64,000 nucleotides of DNA from Carcharhinus amblyrhynchos (Eukaryota). Location: contig OZ336882.1 of the NCBI GenBank assembly GCA_965287045.1, positions 6,696,001 through 6,760,000 of the forward strand, written 5' to 3'. The position numbers and the translations under genes are program-made. Positions 22,108 through 34,592 of this stretch are shown piece by piece. The notes below the pieces were generated by a model, which ran no database searches, had not been told where the DNA came from, and saw only the letters and a program-made list of their open reading frames with translations. The first letter of the stretch is position 1. Each line of letters opens with the position of its first letter.

Positions 22108-22654
22108 GATAATAGATACTACGTGCAACATTACGCCTCCCGAATGCATCACAATATTTGCAGCTCGATCACTCTGAACCGAAGGTCCTGAAATCGCAGC
22201 CGCTTACTGCAAATAAGGTTACCTCCTGCTGCGAAGGTGCTGATCTTTTATCTTCCATTGCTACAGGTATAAGTTTTCCTACCTCCAGTTTTTTCCATGA
22301 AGATGCTTCATAAAACGCAGTTTATTTGAACAACCATTTCATTACCTCCCCGAATATATCCCTCTGTTGCTCAGTTTCAAATTATATTTGATAATCTTCT
22401 TGTGAAATTAAGTGAAAAGCATAATGATAGTTGCTGTTATTCTTTACTTTTTATTTAGTTTACAAGCCAGGCCACGATTGCACTTCATTTTTTTTTAATT
22501 TAGGGGATTAATTAAGCTTAAGGAAAGAAGTTTTATTTACGCATCTTGGCTAAGGAACAATGGAAGCTTCACTTTTAGTGTTGCCTGGATCCACGGGCTA
22601 GGAAAAGGAAAAGTCAACGATTACGTTACTAGTATACAGAAGGAAAATTCTCTC

Positions 22655-24590
22655 TAGAACAAAGAACAGGACTTTCGGCCGTCCAACACTGCAACAACAA
22701 TGCTGACCCACTGAACTGAAAACCCCTATTCTTCTGGGGGCCATATCCCTCAATTCCCATCCTATGCATGTATTTGTCAAGACGTCCCTTTAAAGCCGTT
22801 ATCATGTCAGCCTCCTGTACCTCCTTTGGCAGCGAGTTCCAGGCATCCAGCACCCTCTGTAAAAAAAAAACTTGCCTCGTACATATCCTTTAAACCATGT
22901 CCCTCCTACATTAAAACAATGACCTCTAGTAATTGACTGCTCCAGCCTGGGAAAAAGCTTCTGAATATCCATTCTGCCCATGTCCCTCAATCTTGTAGAC
23001 TTCTATCAGGTCGCCCCTCAACCTCTGTCGTCCCAGTGAGAATAAACCAAGTTTTTCCAACCTCTCCTCAAAGCTAATGTTCTCCATACCAGGCAACATC
23101 GTAGTAAATATTTTTTATACCCTCTCCAAAGTCTCCACATCCTCCTGGTAGTCTGACGACCAAAATTGAACACTATATTCCAAGTGCGGTCTAACTAAGG
23201 TTCTAATAAAGCTGCAACATGACTTGCCAATTGTAAACTCAGTGCAACGGCCCATGAAGGCAAGCCTGCCAACTGCCTATCCTAACCACCTTCCCACCTG
23301 CGTTGCCACTTTCAGCGACCTGTGTACTTGTACACCCAGATCCCTCTTAAAGGTTCTGCCATTTACTGTATATTTCCCATCTGTATTTGTCCTTCCAAAA
23401 TGCATTACCTCACATTTGCCCGGATTAAACTCCATCTGCCATATCTCCACCCAATTCTCCAAGTGATCTATATCCTGCCATGTTCTTTAAAAGTCCTCAT
23501 TGCTATCCATAAATCTGTCAACCTTTATATCATCTGCAAACTTATTAATCAAACCAGTTGCATTTTCCTCCAAATCATTTATACATGTTACAAACAGTAA
23601 TGATCCCAGCACCAATCCCTGAGGAACACCACTTGCCACAGCCCTCCATTCAGAAATGCACCCTTCTACTACTACCCTCTGTCTTCTATGGCCAAGCCAA
23701 TTTTGTTTCCATCTTGCCAGCTCAAATCTGATTCTGTGCCACTTCACCTTCTGTACCAAGGTTCTTGTCAAAGGCCTAACTGAAGTCCACTGCCCTACCC
23801 TCATCAATCATCTCCATCACTTTCTCGAAATAGCTCATTCAAGTTAGTGAGGCATGACCTCCACTTCACAAAACCATGCTGCCTCTCGATAATATGTTCA
23901 CTTATTTCCAAGTGAGAGTAAATGGTATCTCGAATAATTGTCTCCAATAATTTCCCTGCTACTGCCATAAAGCTCGCGAGCCTATAAGTACTTGGATTAC
24001 CCTTGCTGCCCTTCTTAAACAAAGGTACAACATTGGCTATTCTCCAATCCTCTGGGTGCTGCCCTGTAGCCAGTGAGGATGCAAACGTTTCTCCAAGGGC
24101 CCAACAATTTCCTCCCTTGCGCTCTCAGTATTCTGGGATATATCCCATTAGGCCCTGGGGACTTGTCAAACTCAATGTTTCTGAAGAACGCCAATACCTT
24201 CTCCTTTTTGATCTCAACATGACCCAAACTCTCTACACACTTTTCCCCAGACTTACCATCCATCAAGTCCTTCTCTTTGATCAAAACTGAGGCAAACAAC
24301 TCATTTTTACCTCGCCCATTTCCTCTGGCTACGTGCATAGATTCCCTTCCCTGCCGATGAATGGGCCACACTTCTCCCTTGCTACCCTCTTGCTTTTTAT
24401 ATATGTATAAAAAGCTTTGCGATACTACTTTATCCTGTTGGCCAATGACTTTTCGTGACCCCTTTTAGCCTTCCTTTATCCTTGCTTAAGTTTCTTTCTA
24501 CTGTCCTTTTATTGCACACTTACTTCGTGTGTTCGGAGCCTCCTGGCCTTGACGCTGTTTCCTTTTTCTCTTTGACTCGGCACACAACGT
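22655..24590 (-). mobile_element. Decayed CR1 LINE
   Basis: DKSPGPNGIYPRIL, QHGFVKWRSCLTNL, GVPQGLVLG, KFADDIK, MEFNPGKCEVMHFG in successive ORF fragments. Confidence 0.88.
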
Positions 24591-26962
24591 CTGTCATAGA
24601 TTTAAATGGGTAATTATTCACGAACATAAAAACAACTAGAAACATATCCTTCCTCCAATTAACTGTTTGCAGGCTAACGTCTCACAGTGTAATCTACGAT
24701 CTTCATTTTGTTAATCGCAGGAGTCAGTGATTGAGGTTCCTTACTGCGGCTATAGGGTTTCTATAAATTTGTACAATCACTGGCGATTATGTTCCATATG
24801 AAGAACAAATTCGAGTGACCTAATTCATCTATCATTTAAACTTCCCATCATTTTAAATGTTCGGGAAAATAAATATAATATCAGAAGTTTAATTGTTTTG
24901 GTAACTGTATATCTAATAAATCAATACATCAGATAATTTTATGATTAGAATTATTCATCAAGTGTAACCAAGAGTATATATAAAATAATACTTAATCACT
25001 TACAATTTCATTATTACATGTTACGTTTTTACATGCATAACACATACAGAGAAAAAAAAACCTCAGTATGTATCCTAATACGTTTGTGTTTTACGCTGGA
25101 TAACAGCTGTATTTTTCAGAATACAAAAACGCAGTTTTGCTCAATTCAATCCGACAATAATGAATGAAATCTTACAGAACATCGGTGATCATTTTAGACG
25201 ATCTTTATAATCCGAGAAGTCCAAATGGAAATATAAATACAAGTTTATATTTTATCTGACACAAACGTCATACATTAGAATTTGTGAGTTTATTGCCACA
25301 TTTTGAAAACCTTTAATATCCTTAGAAACATGCTCGACAATAGAGGTATTAGACAGAAAAATCTCAAGGACGCAAATAGCGAAGCGATTATCTGGAACTT
25401 TTTGCATTGATTTGATGATGTCATTTAGTCAAAGTTGCGTTCGTCCGAAGTTGGCTGTTCCTTTCTATGCTGTAGCATAAGGTACAAAAAAAGCACAACA
25501 TTAACACACAAAAAAATGCACCTTAACTGAATTGTAAAGATATAATTAATTAATGCATTTTTAGGTACTAGACAGGAAATTGCATATTAAAACTTTAAAC
25601 CGAGACAGTCGGAAACAAATCTAATGCAATTATGTTTCACGAATATATTGGACACATTTGCAACCAACAGTGAAACAATGATTTAGATATTTTGGTTTCC
25701 AAACATATATGACTTTTGGATGGGACAAAAGGTAAGGCATTATGACAGTGCAACCAATGAATAGTTTTTGTCTCAGTTCCTTGGAGCTTGAGGGTGCTGT
25801 CAGCCCGGCACACCAACCAAAATCAGTCTATCATCTAATTCATGTTTTGCTTAGAATATTAGTGGATGCAAGAAATATAATACGCCTTTAAACATGTGCT
25901 GGTATTTGTACTTCTCTGTGATACATTCATCCCGTTTAACATCGAAAGACATATGGAGGGAATAAAAGTCAAAATCAACTGACGACGTTCCACTAATCTA
26001 CTGACATTCCCCATTTCTGAGTTACGACAGACTGTTTCAATTCTAAACGTTTCTTGGTGAATGTAGGACGTCGGTCAAAAAATTAATTTTGCACGAAATC
26101 ATACATTTTTTTTTATTCATGCAATTTATTCATGTAATAATTTTATTCTTGCAATTTATTTTCGATTATCCATGGGGGGGAAAAAATCATTCACGAAAAG
26201 AAAGCTGCATGCTAAACGTTTAACGTCCTTTTGGAATTAAAACTATTGCTGATCATAGTCTGTCCGTGATACCAGCCAACATTTGTGTGTTTGTTGAGGC
26301 TTAGGGTCTCATTTTAAAATACACACCTGACTTCACAGCGAACGGTAGAACTAACTGCAGTTTAGAAGACTATTCGCTGGAGTATGCGTAGTGCACGCAG
26401 ACGAAGGTTTCTATTGGCCTTACAGCTCAGGAAATACATTTCATTTGCTGTGAGGCGCCCTGATGAAACGGGGTTACATTCTAGGTTTACAGACCATCCC
26501 TGGGTTGCTTTATCGGCACATTTGTAACTTTCTACAACCTTCCTGTTGTATATTAATAGAATCCCAATATTGCCTCCTTGTGGTCGTCCTGAACAATGTT
26601 TGGGGTTCTGAAAGAATCGAGCATATCTCCTTTATATTCTTGCCCATGACATTTAAAAAAAAAAGACCTTTGACGCGAATGCATGATAATTTACATCTGT
26701 TATTTGTCCTGATCATGCTGAAGGTCCACCCCGATTTGCCTTGAGTAAAGGGAGAAATTACAGAATACAAATATCATCCGCCAGGTATCATATTGGATCC
26801 GCACAAGTGAAAACGTTTCAATATGATCGGACACTGTCTAATTTAACCACTTTGTTTTTTAAACAAAGTAGATTTCACTGGAATAGACCAAATAAAGATA
26901 ATCAACGAGGAAAACACCTGGTTAGCATTTTAAATGAAAATGTTTGTTTTTCGAAAACAATC

Positions 26963-29569
26963 TTAAGTTAAGTAAACTACTGTGATCCATATCGCACTTT
27001 TGAAACATTGTATTAAAATGCGCGTTAGAAAACGAGACAGAGAAAAAAACTTTTGAAAACTGCACTCACATTCCAAACAATCGTGGCGATGCATGTCAAA
27101 TTGCTCTCCTCTGCAAATCCTATGACTCAAAGGAATTGTTTCTTCGGCATGTTTTTTCGATGTAGTGGGGGTGGTATCTTTGACTTCACTGCAGGACAAA
27201 GTTGCATCGTAAGGTTTTATGAATAAAAAATCAGTCCCCGGCGAATTAGGAGGCAAATACATCGTGTAGTGCTGACGGCCACGAACGGTGATGGCCCGGC
27301 CTTCTCCAAGGTAATTAATACTTTCTCCTGGAGTACGCCTATGATTATAGCTTTCTAGGGAAGTTGTATTCCCACAACAAATGCCAGAATTGTAACCATA
27401 AGCATTACGACCTTGTCGAAATTTAACGACGAACAGGATGATGACTGTCACAAAAAATATAAAAGAAGTTGCTCCTAAAATCATGATTAAATACAAATTA
27501 ACATCCGAAAAATATTCAGTTTTCCTGGGTAGGTCACGGGGTTCTGTAAATGTTTCAGTGACATTGCCCATTATTGAGAACGAAATGGAAACTGTAGTGG
27601 AAAGGCTTGGTTCCCCATTGTCCTTCACTAGGATATTCAGGTGCTGTGTAGAGTGATCTTTGTCAGAAATTGCACGACCTAGTTTGATTTCTCCTGAGTG
27701 AAGTCCCAAGTTGATTAGACTGGTGTCTGTGGCTCCAAGTAATTTAAATGAAAGTCGAGCATTCTGGCCAGAATCGGCATCAGATGCGATTATCTTAGTA
27801 ACCAAATAACCTGCGTTTGCTGACTGAGGTACCATCCTCAACATAGTTGATCCATTCCATATTAGAGGTGAAATAATTACGGGACTGTTATCGTTTTGAT
27901 CCAGAATTATTACAGTAACTGTAGTGCTGCTACTCAGTTTAGGGATTCCATTATCCTTTGCTTCAACGCGAAATTGGAAACTTTTTAATTGTTCATAGTC
28001 AAAAGAGCGTAGCGCATGCAAGTTCCCACTGTTCGAATGAATATCGATATATATAGGAACAGAAGGATCCTGGTTTTGGTTACCCAGAATGGAATATGTC
28101 ACATAAGAATTCTGTCCAAAATCAGAATCGAAAGCCGTAACTGTAAAAAATGAAGTACCCGGAGCATTATTCTCCTTCACATATACAGTATATAAAGGTT
28201 GCGTAAATCTTGGCGCATTATCATTTATATCTGACACAGACACCATAATGGTTTTGTTTGTGTACAAAGGTGGTGATCCAGCGTCCCAGGCGATTATGGA
28301 TATGTTATGACACGGAACCATCTCACGGTCCAGTATGCCATCGGTAATCAGTTTATATTGACTCTTCACAGAAGGTTGGAGTTTAAAAGGTATGCCCTTG
28401 AGAACTTGGCAACCAACTCGCCCATTTTCTCCAGAATCAACGTCACTTATACTAACTAAAGCTATGACGGTACCCAGTGCTGCATCTTCGGGGATGCTGT
28501 TGGATACTGAGGTCACTTTCACCTCGGGAGCGTTGTCATTGACATCAATTAATTTCACCAGGACTTTAGAATATCCCGCCAGTGCCAAGATACCTTTATC
28601 TGTAGCTTGTACTTCAACTTCGTAAGCATTTAATTTTTCAAAGTCTAGAACTCCTTGAACTTTAATTTCTCCGGTTTCTGTGTTCAAATCGAACAGCTGA
28701 CGTACCCTTTCGGAGGTATGACTATTGAAAGAGTACTGTACCTCAGCATTTGTCCCTTCATCCGCATCACTCGCGCTGAGCTTCATGATCAAATAGCCCT
28801 CCGGGACATTCTCAAATAAGCTGACTTCATATTTTTCTTGATCGAACACAGGCGCGTTATCATTAGCATCCAGAACTGTAATTATGACTTGGGCTGTACC
28901 TGATCGTTCCGGAATCCCACCGTCAATCGCCGTCAGGAGGAGATAAAATGTCGATTCCTTTTCTCGGTCCAACGACATTTCCAATGTTAACTCAGCAATT
29001 ATGCTGCCGTCGCTTCGGTTCTGTATGTGTACGCCGAAGTGCTCGGTGGAACCAATCCGGTAGGTGGCGACGGAGTTTATGCCCACGTCCAAATCCATCG
29101 CGCTCTCCAGGGGAAAGCGCGCTCCTGGCGCAAAGGACTCTGCGATTTTTACGGAAAGCTTGCTATTTATGAATGTGGGTGAGTTATCATTTATATCCAT
29201 TATCTCCACGTCAACACTATATATTTCCAAAGGATTTTCTATCAGGACTTCAAAAGAAATTACGCAGGTAGAACGGTCTTGACAAATTTCTTCTCTGTCA
29301 ATTCTTTCATTAACAAACAGAATCCCGTTCTTTAAGTTTAGACCTAGGTATTTATTCCTGCCATCAGTGACGAGACGAAGTTTACGAACTATCAAATCCC
29401 CAATGTTTAGCTTTAAATCTTCAGCCATATTCCCCACAAAGGCACCACGTTCCAGTTCCTCCGGGACCGAATATCGAATTTGCCCAACAACCACTTCAGC
29501 CACAACACAGAAGCCAAACAAATAAAACAGCTTACCCGATCGCACTCGAATAGTCCTTTCATCTGTCAT
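26963..29569 (-). CDS. Pcdh: Clustered protocadherin variable exon, gene 2 (complete ectodomain, TM, variable cytoplasmic region; true 3' end uncertain)
   Basis: Six cadherin repeats (DRE, DxNDNxP, AxDxD motifs), EC1 ICQDRSTC, TM YLIMILGATSFIFFVTVIILFVV, TDFLFIKP motif. The track start at 29593 is a TTG; the first ATG is 29569 (MTDERT...). Confidence 0.95.
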   Translation of the reverse strand: MTDERTIRVRSGKLFYLFGFCVVAEVVVGQIRYSVPEELERGAFVGNMAEDLKLNIGDLIVRKLRLVTDGRNKYLGLNLKNGILFVNERIDREEICQDRSTCVISFEVLIENPLEIYSVDVEIMDINDNSPTFINSKLSVKIAESFAPGARFPLESAMDLDVGINSVATYRIGSTEHFGVHIQNRSDGSIIAELTLEMSLDREKESTFYLLLTAIDGGIPERSGTAQVIITVLDANDNAPVFDQEKYEVSLFENVPEGYLIMKLSASDADEGTNAEVQYSFNSHTSERVRQLFDLNTETGEIKVQGVLDFEKLNAYEVEVQATDKGILALAGYSKVLVKLIDVNDNAPEVKVTSVSNSIPEDAALGTVIALVSISDVDSGENGRVGCQVLKGIPFKLQPSVKSQYKLITDGILDREMVPCHNISIIAWDAGSPPLYTNKTIMVSVSDINDNAPRFTQPLYTVYVKENNAPGTSFFTVTAFDSDFGQNSYVTYSILGNQNQDPSVPIYIDIHSNSGNLHALRSFDYEQLKSFQFRVEAKDNGIPKLSSSTTVTVIILDQNDNSPVIISPLIWNGSTMLRMVPQSANAGYLVTKIIASDADSGQNARLSFKLLGATDTSLINLGLHSGEIKLGRAISDKDHSTQHLNILVKDNGEPSLSTTVSISFSIMGNVTETFTEPRDLPRKTEYFSDVNLYLIMILGATSFIFFVTVIILFVVKFRQGRNAYGYNSGICCGNTTSLESYNHRRTPGESINYLGEGRAITVRGRQHYTMYLPPNSPGTDFLFIKPYDATLSCSEVKDTTPTTSKKHAEETIPLSHRICRGEQFDMHRHDCLECECSFQKFFSLSRFLTRILIQCFKSAIWITVVYLT

Positions 29570-29792
29570 TTTTTTTGTTTTGGCTGGGATCAATGCGACT
29601 GCGAAATTGGAGTTAACCTTCCGCCGTTTATGTTCAGCAATTCAAAAAAAAATCCACAATAGCTCCAAATGCCGTTGTAATCGTATGCGAACATGAAAAT
29701 CGTCTTTGCCTTGCAGAAGAGCGCTGTAAAACGTTCCTGCAGGAGCTCTTTGTCTTTCTGTTCGAGACTGGTCAGAGATGAAAAAGGGGGTA

Positions 29793-29877
29793 GATCTCTC
29801 AGAGCAAACATGCTTTTTATTGGTGGACAGCGTCACTCAGAGTCCAGCCCATTACCAGCAGTCTGTTTCCTTAAAGC
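29793..29877 (-). promoter_or_regulatory. Pcdh gene 2 promoter: CSE + CCAAT module
   Basis: Sense GAGTGACGCTGTCCACCAAT at 29838..29819, with GAGATC and GCTTTAAG at the shared spacings. Confidence 0.85.
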
Positions 29878-30504
29878 GAGACTGTTTCAGAACGCATATA
29901 AACATAATTAATCTTGCACAGCCAAAAAGGCATTATTTGCGCAATATCCATTTCACGATACCCCCCCCCCCCCATTATAAATATGTACTTAAGAACCAGC
30001 ATTCACTGTTTTTAAAGCGAATGACTGAAATTGCTTGTTTTCCCCTCATTGATGTTCAAGCTCACAAACTTTTGCGGCAATCAGACACTGAGCATCAACG
30101 AATAATTATTTCTCGTAATCTCTGCGTACGAAAGTAATATTTGTTGTGAAGATGGTCAGGCAAAATATAATTTAAAAATTCTCCTTTGCATGTTGCTTAA
30201 CATCATTAATCGTACAGTTGCTATATTTTACTAAGATTACCCTGACGCTACCCTTCTCGGTCCCGAAATGTAACCTGATCTTTGTTGCATTTTAATGCCT
30301 CTAATGCAATGCAAGTAAGATGCGACGCGGCATAAAAAGGGCGATTCGGCCGCTTATCGCTGTGCAATACTTAGACAGAACTGTGCAATTGATTCCCATA
30401 GGATAGCTTTCCCCCACAGTCCTGCAACGTAATTCTATTCAAATGAGTGTCAAATTGCCTTGTAATGGTTCCCTTTTAAGATGGTCGTCCTATTTTTCGG
30501 TATC

Positions 30505-30970
30505 GCGAGAAAAAGGGACATGTCGAAACAGTTTTTGTCCTGCACTCATCAGGGCATTCGCAAGATTACCGCAGATAAAAGAGAAAAACAATTTATGAAT
30601 TTAAGATTATCAGACGAGTTCTCAGTGTGATGCACTTACGCTTGCTGGAAGCTAAATATTTGCACGGAGCTCTGTTCTTCAATGACAAAATGGAAAGGTA
30701 CACTCATTGAGGCGGTTTTAACTGAACCGAATAGGTGACAGTCATGATTTGGTTCATTCCTCAGGGAAATGTCTTGTCAATGAGAGCGAACCTGTCTGGT
30801 TTAATTTAAACAATGTTTGGCAGTTAATTATCACTCATCAGTTAACTGGCATTATGCATACCATTGCCTCTAAGAATCAGCGCACGTTTGCCAACCAACT
30901 GGCACCTCTTCTCATCAAGTATAAGTTGTTGTTCCTTTTCAATTTGGTGATCTTGCGAATGTTCTGACGC
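30505..30970 (+). mobile_element. Penelope-like element remnant with inverted partial pseudo-LTR
   Basis: Plus strand encodes FKIIRRVLSVMHLRLLEAKY (PLE C-terminus-like) and ends GGTGATCTTGCGAATGTTCTG; an inverted copy CAGGGCATTCGCAAGATTACC lies at 30550-30570. Confidence 0.65.
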
Positions 30971-30989
30971 TTCACCTGAAGACAACAGA

Positions 30990-33010
30990 TCCAATTTAGA
31001 AAAAGCGTTTTGAGACGTTGCAAGGGAGCATGGGTTCAGCTGAAGCGGAAAAATGTACGCTTCAGTCAGAAGAAGCTACCTGTTTGGGATTCAGTCAATG
31101 CACATGTCTAAATCCTTTAGAAGCTCAAGCTATCTAAAGCCAACCTCAAAGCTATTAAGGAGGTCCCACAGTCAATAGATGTGTACAAGCTGAAATGATT
31201 GCTGTTTACTTTCAAATATTTTGGCAGAGTTTTAAAGAACGCATCCAACCACTTAGCCACATATAACCAAATATTAAAAACACCAAAGAGGGGAATGAGG
31301 CGTAGAACAGAAGGGAACTTTGCAAACGTTAAACATGTCCCTCAGTCGTCCGCCTTGTTGGTATAGTTTTATTCAAGTAAATCGTTAATAGTAACCTGCC
31401 ATGTTTCACTGTATGGAGTGGGTGCTGTTTTATCTCATCAGATGTTGATCCTCCAATTGTTAAATCTCTACTAAAGTAAAAGGTTGGATTTCCCCTATGG
31501 AGACAGGGAGTGACAGTAACGTCGAGCGTTATAATCCCAGTCCATGGGAGACGACTCCTGTTACAAGAATTCCATGACTCTCATCCAAGTCAAACTAAAA
31601 TAAAAACCCTTGTCAGGCGTTATGTGTGCTGGCCGAGCATTGACAAAGACATCGAATGGATGGTAAATCAATTTTCCAGTTGTGAAGCTCAGCAGGCTGA
31701 ACCACCAACAACGAATTTGCACACTTAGTAGTGGCCCGGTCGTCCAGGAGCGAGGGTACACAGAGCTTTTGTAAGCCCATTATCGGTCAAATATTTCTAA
31801 AGCTACACTCAAAGTGATAAGATGAACCACTGATGAAATCAGCAACAGCCACGGCTACCATTGACAAGTTAAGGAAGATATTTGCTATCCATGGCATTCC
31901 AGAAATGGTGATGTCAGACAATAGCACATTATTCAGAGTGGAAGAATTCAAAAAGAAAATCTCAAGTTCAATGGCATTCGCCATGTGAGGTCAGTACTCT
32001 GCATCAAATAGGCTGGCAGCGCAAGTGCAACAAACATTTAACGGAACAACGAAAGGATAGGTGAACAGGCCCCTGCCTTTATGCATAGCCAGCTTTCCTT
32101 TATCAAATGTCACCACCACAAATATGACCACAGGGAACAGACCAGCTAAGCCGCTTATGGAACGTCTGTTATGAATAGATTGGACACGATATACCCAACT
32201 TTGGCAGGATGGGTGGAGGCTAGGCAAGATAAGTGACGATGCAGGAAGAAAAAGCTGAGTGCTTAAAAAGGAGGATATCCTCTATGTTAGAAACATTTCA
32301 TCAGGGCCAGGATGCATGCCTAGTGAAGTGCACAGGACCGGTATACTACATCATGGAGGTACGAGACTGCAAACTTCGGAAATATGTGGGCGACCTGCTC
32401 AGAAGTGCAGAGATATCCAGGCGATCCCTGCTGAGTGGCTGGCATGATAGCACAACGGTTGGCATTGCTGCTTCACAGTGCCAGGGACCCTGGTTTGATT
32501 CCAGCTTTCGGCGATTGTGTGGAGTTTGCACGTTCTCCCCCGCCCATACATGGGTTTCCTCCACGTGCCTAGGCTCCCTCCCACACTCCAGAAAGTGTAC
32601 AAGTTATATTAATTGGCCCTGAGTGTCCCAAGACATGTAAGCTTATTCGATTAGCGGTATAAGCACGTGGGTTATGAAGATGGCACCTGGGTGAGATTGT
32701 CTGTCGAAGAGACAATGCAGACGCAATGGGTCGAATGACCTCCTTCCGAACTGTGGTCTTTCAATAAATCTATGATTCATATGTTAGTTCGAGGCTGCTA
32801 AGTCTGGATACTGTAATTTCCGTGAACAACGTGAAGCCTCAGCAGCCTTTAGGGGAGAAGTCGGTGAAGCCTTAGCTGCCGAAGAGTCACAGGATACTAT
32901 CCCTGCCATTCTCGTCTGTGTTGACTTGCCCCTTAAACACGGACCAACCTGCCATTGAAATGAAGCGCTGAAATAAGGCCTTGAAGTTTCCGGACTATTT
33001 TAAACTTTGA
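30990..33010 (+). mobile_element. Gypsy/Ty3 LTR retrotransposon pol remnant (RT end, RNase H, integrase)
   Basis: YGVGAVLSH; LLQEFHDSHPSQTKIKTLVRRYVCWPSIDKDIEWMVNQFSSC (HHCC region); LRKIFAIHGIPEMVMSDN. Confidence 0.85.
32432..32780 (+). mobile_element. HE1-like V-SINE with CR1-type tail, inserted in the Gypsy remnant
   Basis: GGCATTGCTGCTTCACAGTGCCAGGGACC...TGTGGAGTTTGCACGTTCTCCCC...ATGGGTCGAATGACCTCCTTC...TCTATGATTC. Confidence 0.8.
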
Positions 33011-33124
33011 TAAGCATTTTAGAGGTTTTCCTGGATGCGATTTTTTTCACATGAAAGCCTGTGATGGACTACTAATATTCTTCTTTGTTTCTCTTCATGA
33101 ATGTCAGATTTTGGCGGGAAGGTG

Positions 33125-33379
33125 TGTTGTAGGGCGGCGCCTGAAAGGCGTGTTATGTAACCGACCAGGACCCTGTGGATCACTCCGGACGGAAACTAGG
33201 CCAATCGGCAGGAGTGTGGGGACCATGGGCTGACGACGGACTAGCTGTTGGAGCGCGGGAATCCAACAGGAGCAATCATGCTAGTTTAGCTGTACCTTGT
33301 TGGTTCTGTACACAGACAGCCTTTTGGCAATAAAACATTTTAGTTTCAAACTTCATCAAGTCGCCCTCGAGCTATCACA
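33125..33379 (+). mobile_element. Putative 3' LTR of the Gypsy remnant
   Basis: Purine tract GGCGGGAAGG, then TGTTGT...AATAAA (33329)...ATCACA; position downstream of the integrase fits. No 5' LTR found. Confidence 0.4.
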
Positions 33380-34592
33380 GTAGTCATTTGTTCTTTCCTT
33401 TAATGCATCCTTATTAGCTGTCCCTTATTTCGTGACGCTTCTTTAATTGAGCGTAAATTTTGTCCTTGGGAATAGGCGCTAGTAGCTTTCCAGGACGGCA
33501 AACATTAGACGGATTGACGTGAGATTACTGCGATTCATTGGCATTCATCTTTGAACAATAATGCCATTGGCACTAAATCTATATCCAAATAGGACTGCAA
33601 GAGTGCGGCACGACGTTCTGATAGATATATCCTCTCTTTTCTTCGCAATCACGGATGCACCTTAAACAGCCAGATAACATTGAGTGTTGTCAAACAATCT
33701 GACTACTACATTTCAGTGCATTTTTCTCCTTATCAATTGCAGCAACCGCCTCCTGTTGCACTGCATTCATCCTCTTCTTTTTCATTCAATAATTTAGGAA
33801 TTCCAGGTGTATCCACAACACAATTTAATTTTGTGACTGGAATGAGCAATAAGAGTAACTAACAATTTATTTTTATGCAGCGAAAGATATGTAGGAGCCT
33901 TCATTCTAAAAGTTCTTTTGCCAATATTATATTTCTTTTTAATCAACATCTGTGCTCTTTATTGGGCATTGCATCAGAGATTCCTACGAAAAGCGAACGC
34001 AAGGGAGCCAACCTCCACTGGCTAGAATTATTCCTACCTCAAAGTAATATCATTGCCGTGGGTAAAGATCAGCAATGCGTCTTTGCACGTTAATGCAGAA
34101 TTTCTAGGCATTGCCCCAGGCCTTGGTATCGTCACCTTGTTTACCAATGAAATATCTGCATTGATATCATCGGAGCTAGGATAATCGCGCGTGACTGCAT
34201 AATATTCAGTTCCTTTCGCAACTGCTAAGGTGTTGATGCACTCTATTCCTGCATGAAGCAAGATCTGAACAATATTCAGATTCCTGCTAGTCTGCGGCCC
34301 ACCCACCACCCCCCCGCCCAACCCCGCCAAACACTCAGACACAAGGCCCATCATCACGTTCCGCGCGATTTTTCTCATAAGTATGATTTTTTTAGTGGTC
34401 TTGTTCTGTTTCTGTTCACTGCCATAGTCATGAATATATTTTAACGCACACTGTAAGGTTTCGTATTTTTGTTTTCCTTTTGCCGTTATTTTGATTGCGA
34501 TATTTAGAACAATATTTCAGCACAAACGTTTCCAGTTACATCCTGTTGTTTATTTGTTCTTGTGTTATTTAATACTATTTCAATTTATTCTT

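Noticed and set aside
28915-28940. Exonic CTCF site / antisense promoter like mammalian Pcdh-alpha, in the TAIDGG-coding region
   Set aside because: No convincing CTCF core by eye in any of the four exons; needs a matrix scan.
29570-29593. N-terminal MIPAKTKK extension of gene 2 in the ORF track
   Set aside because: Starts at TTG (bacterial-style call); the first ATG is 29569.
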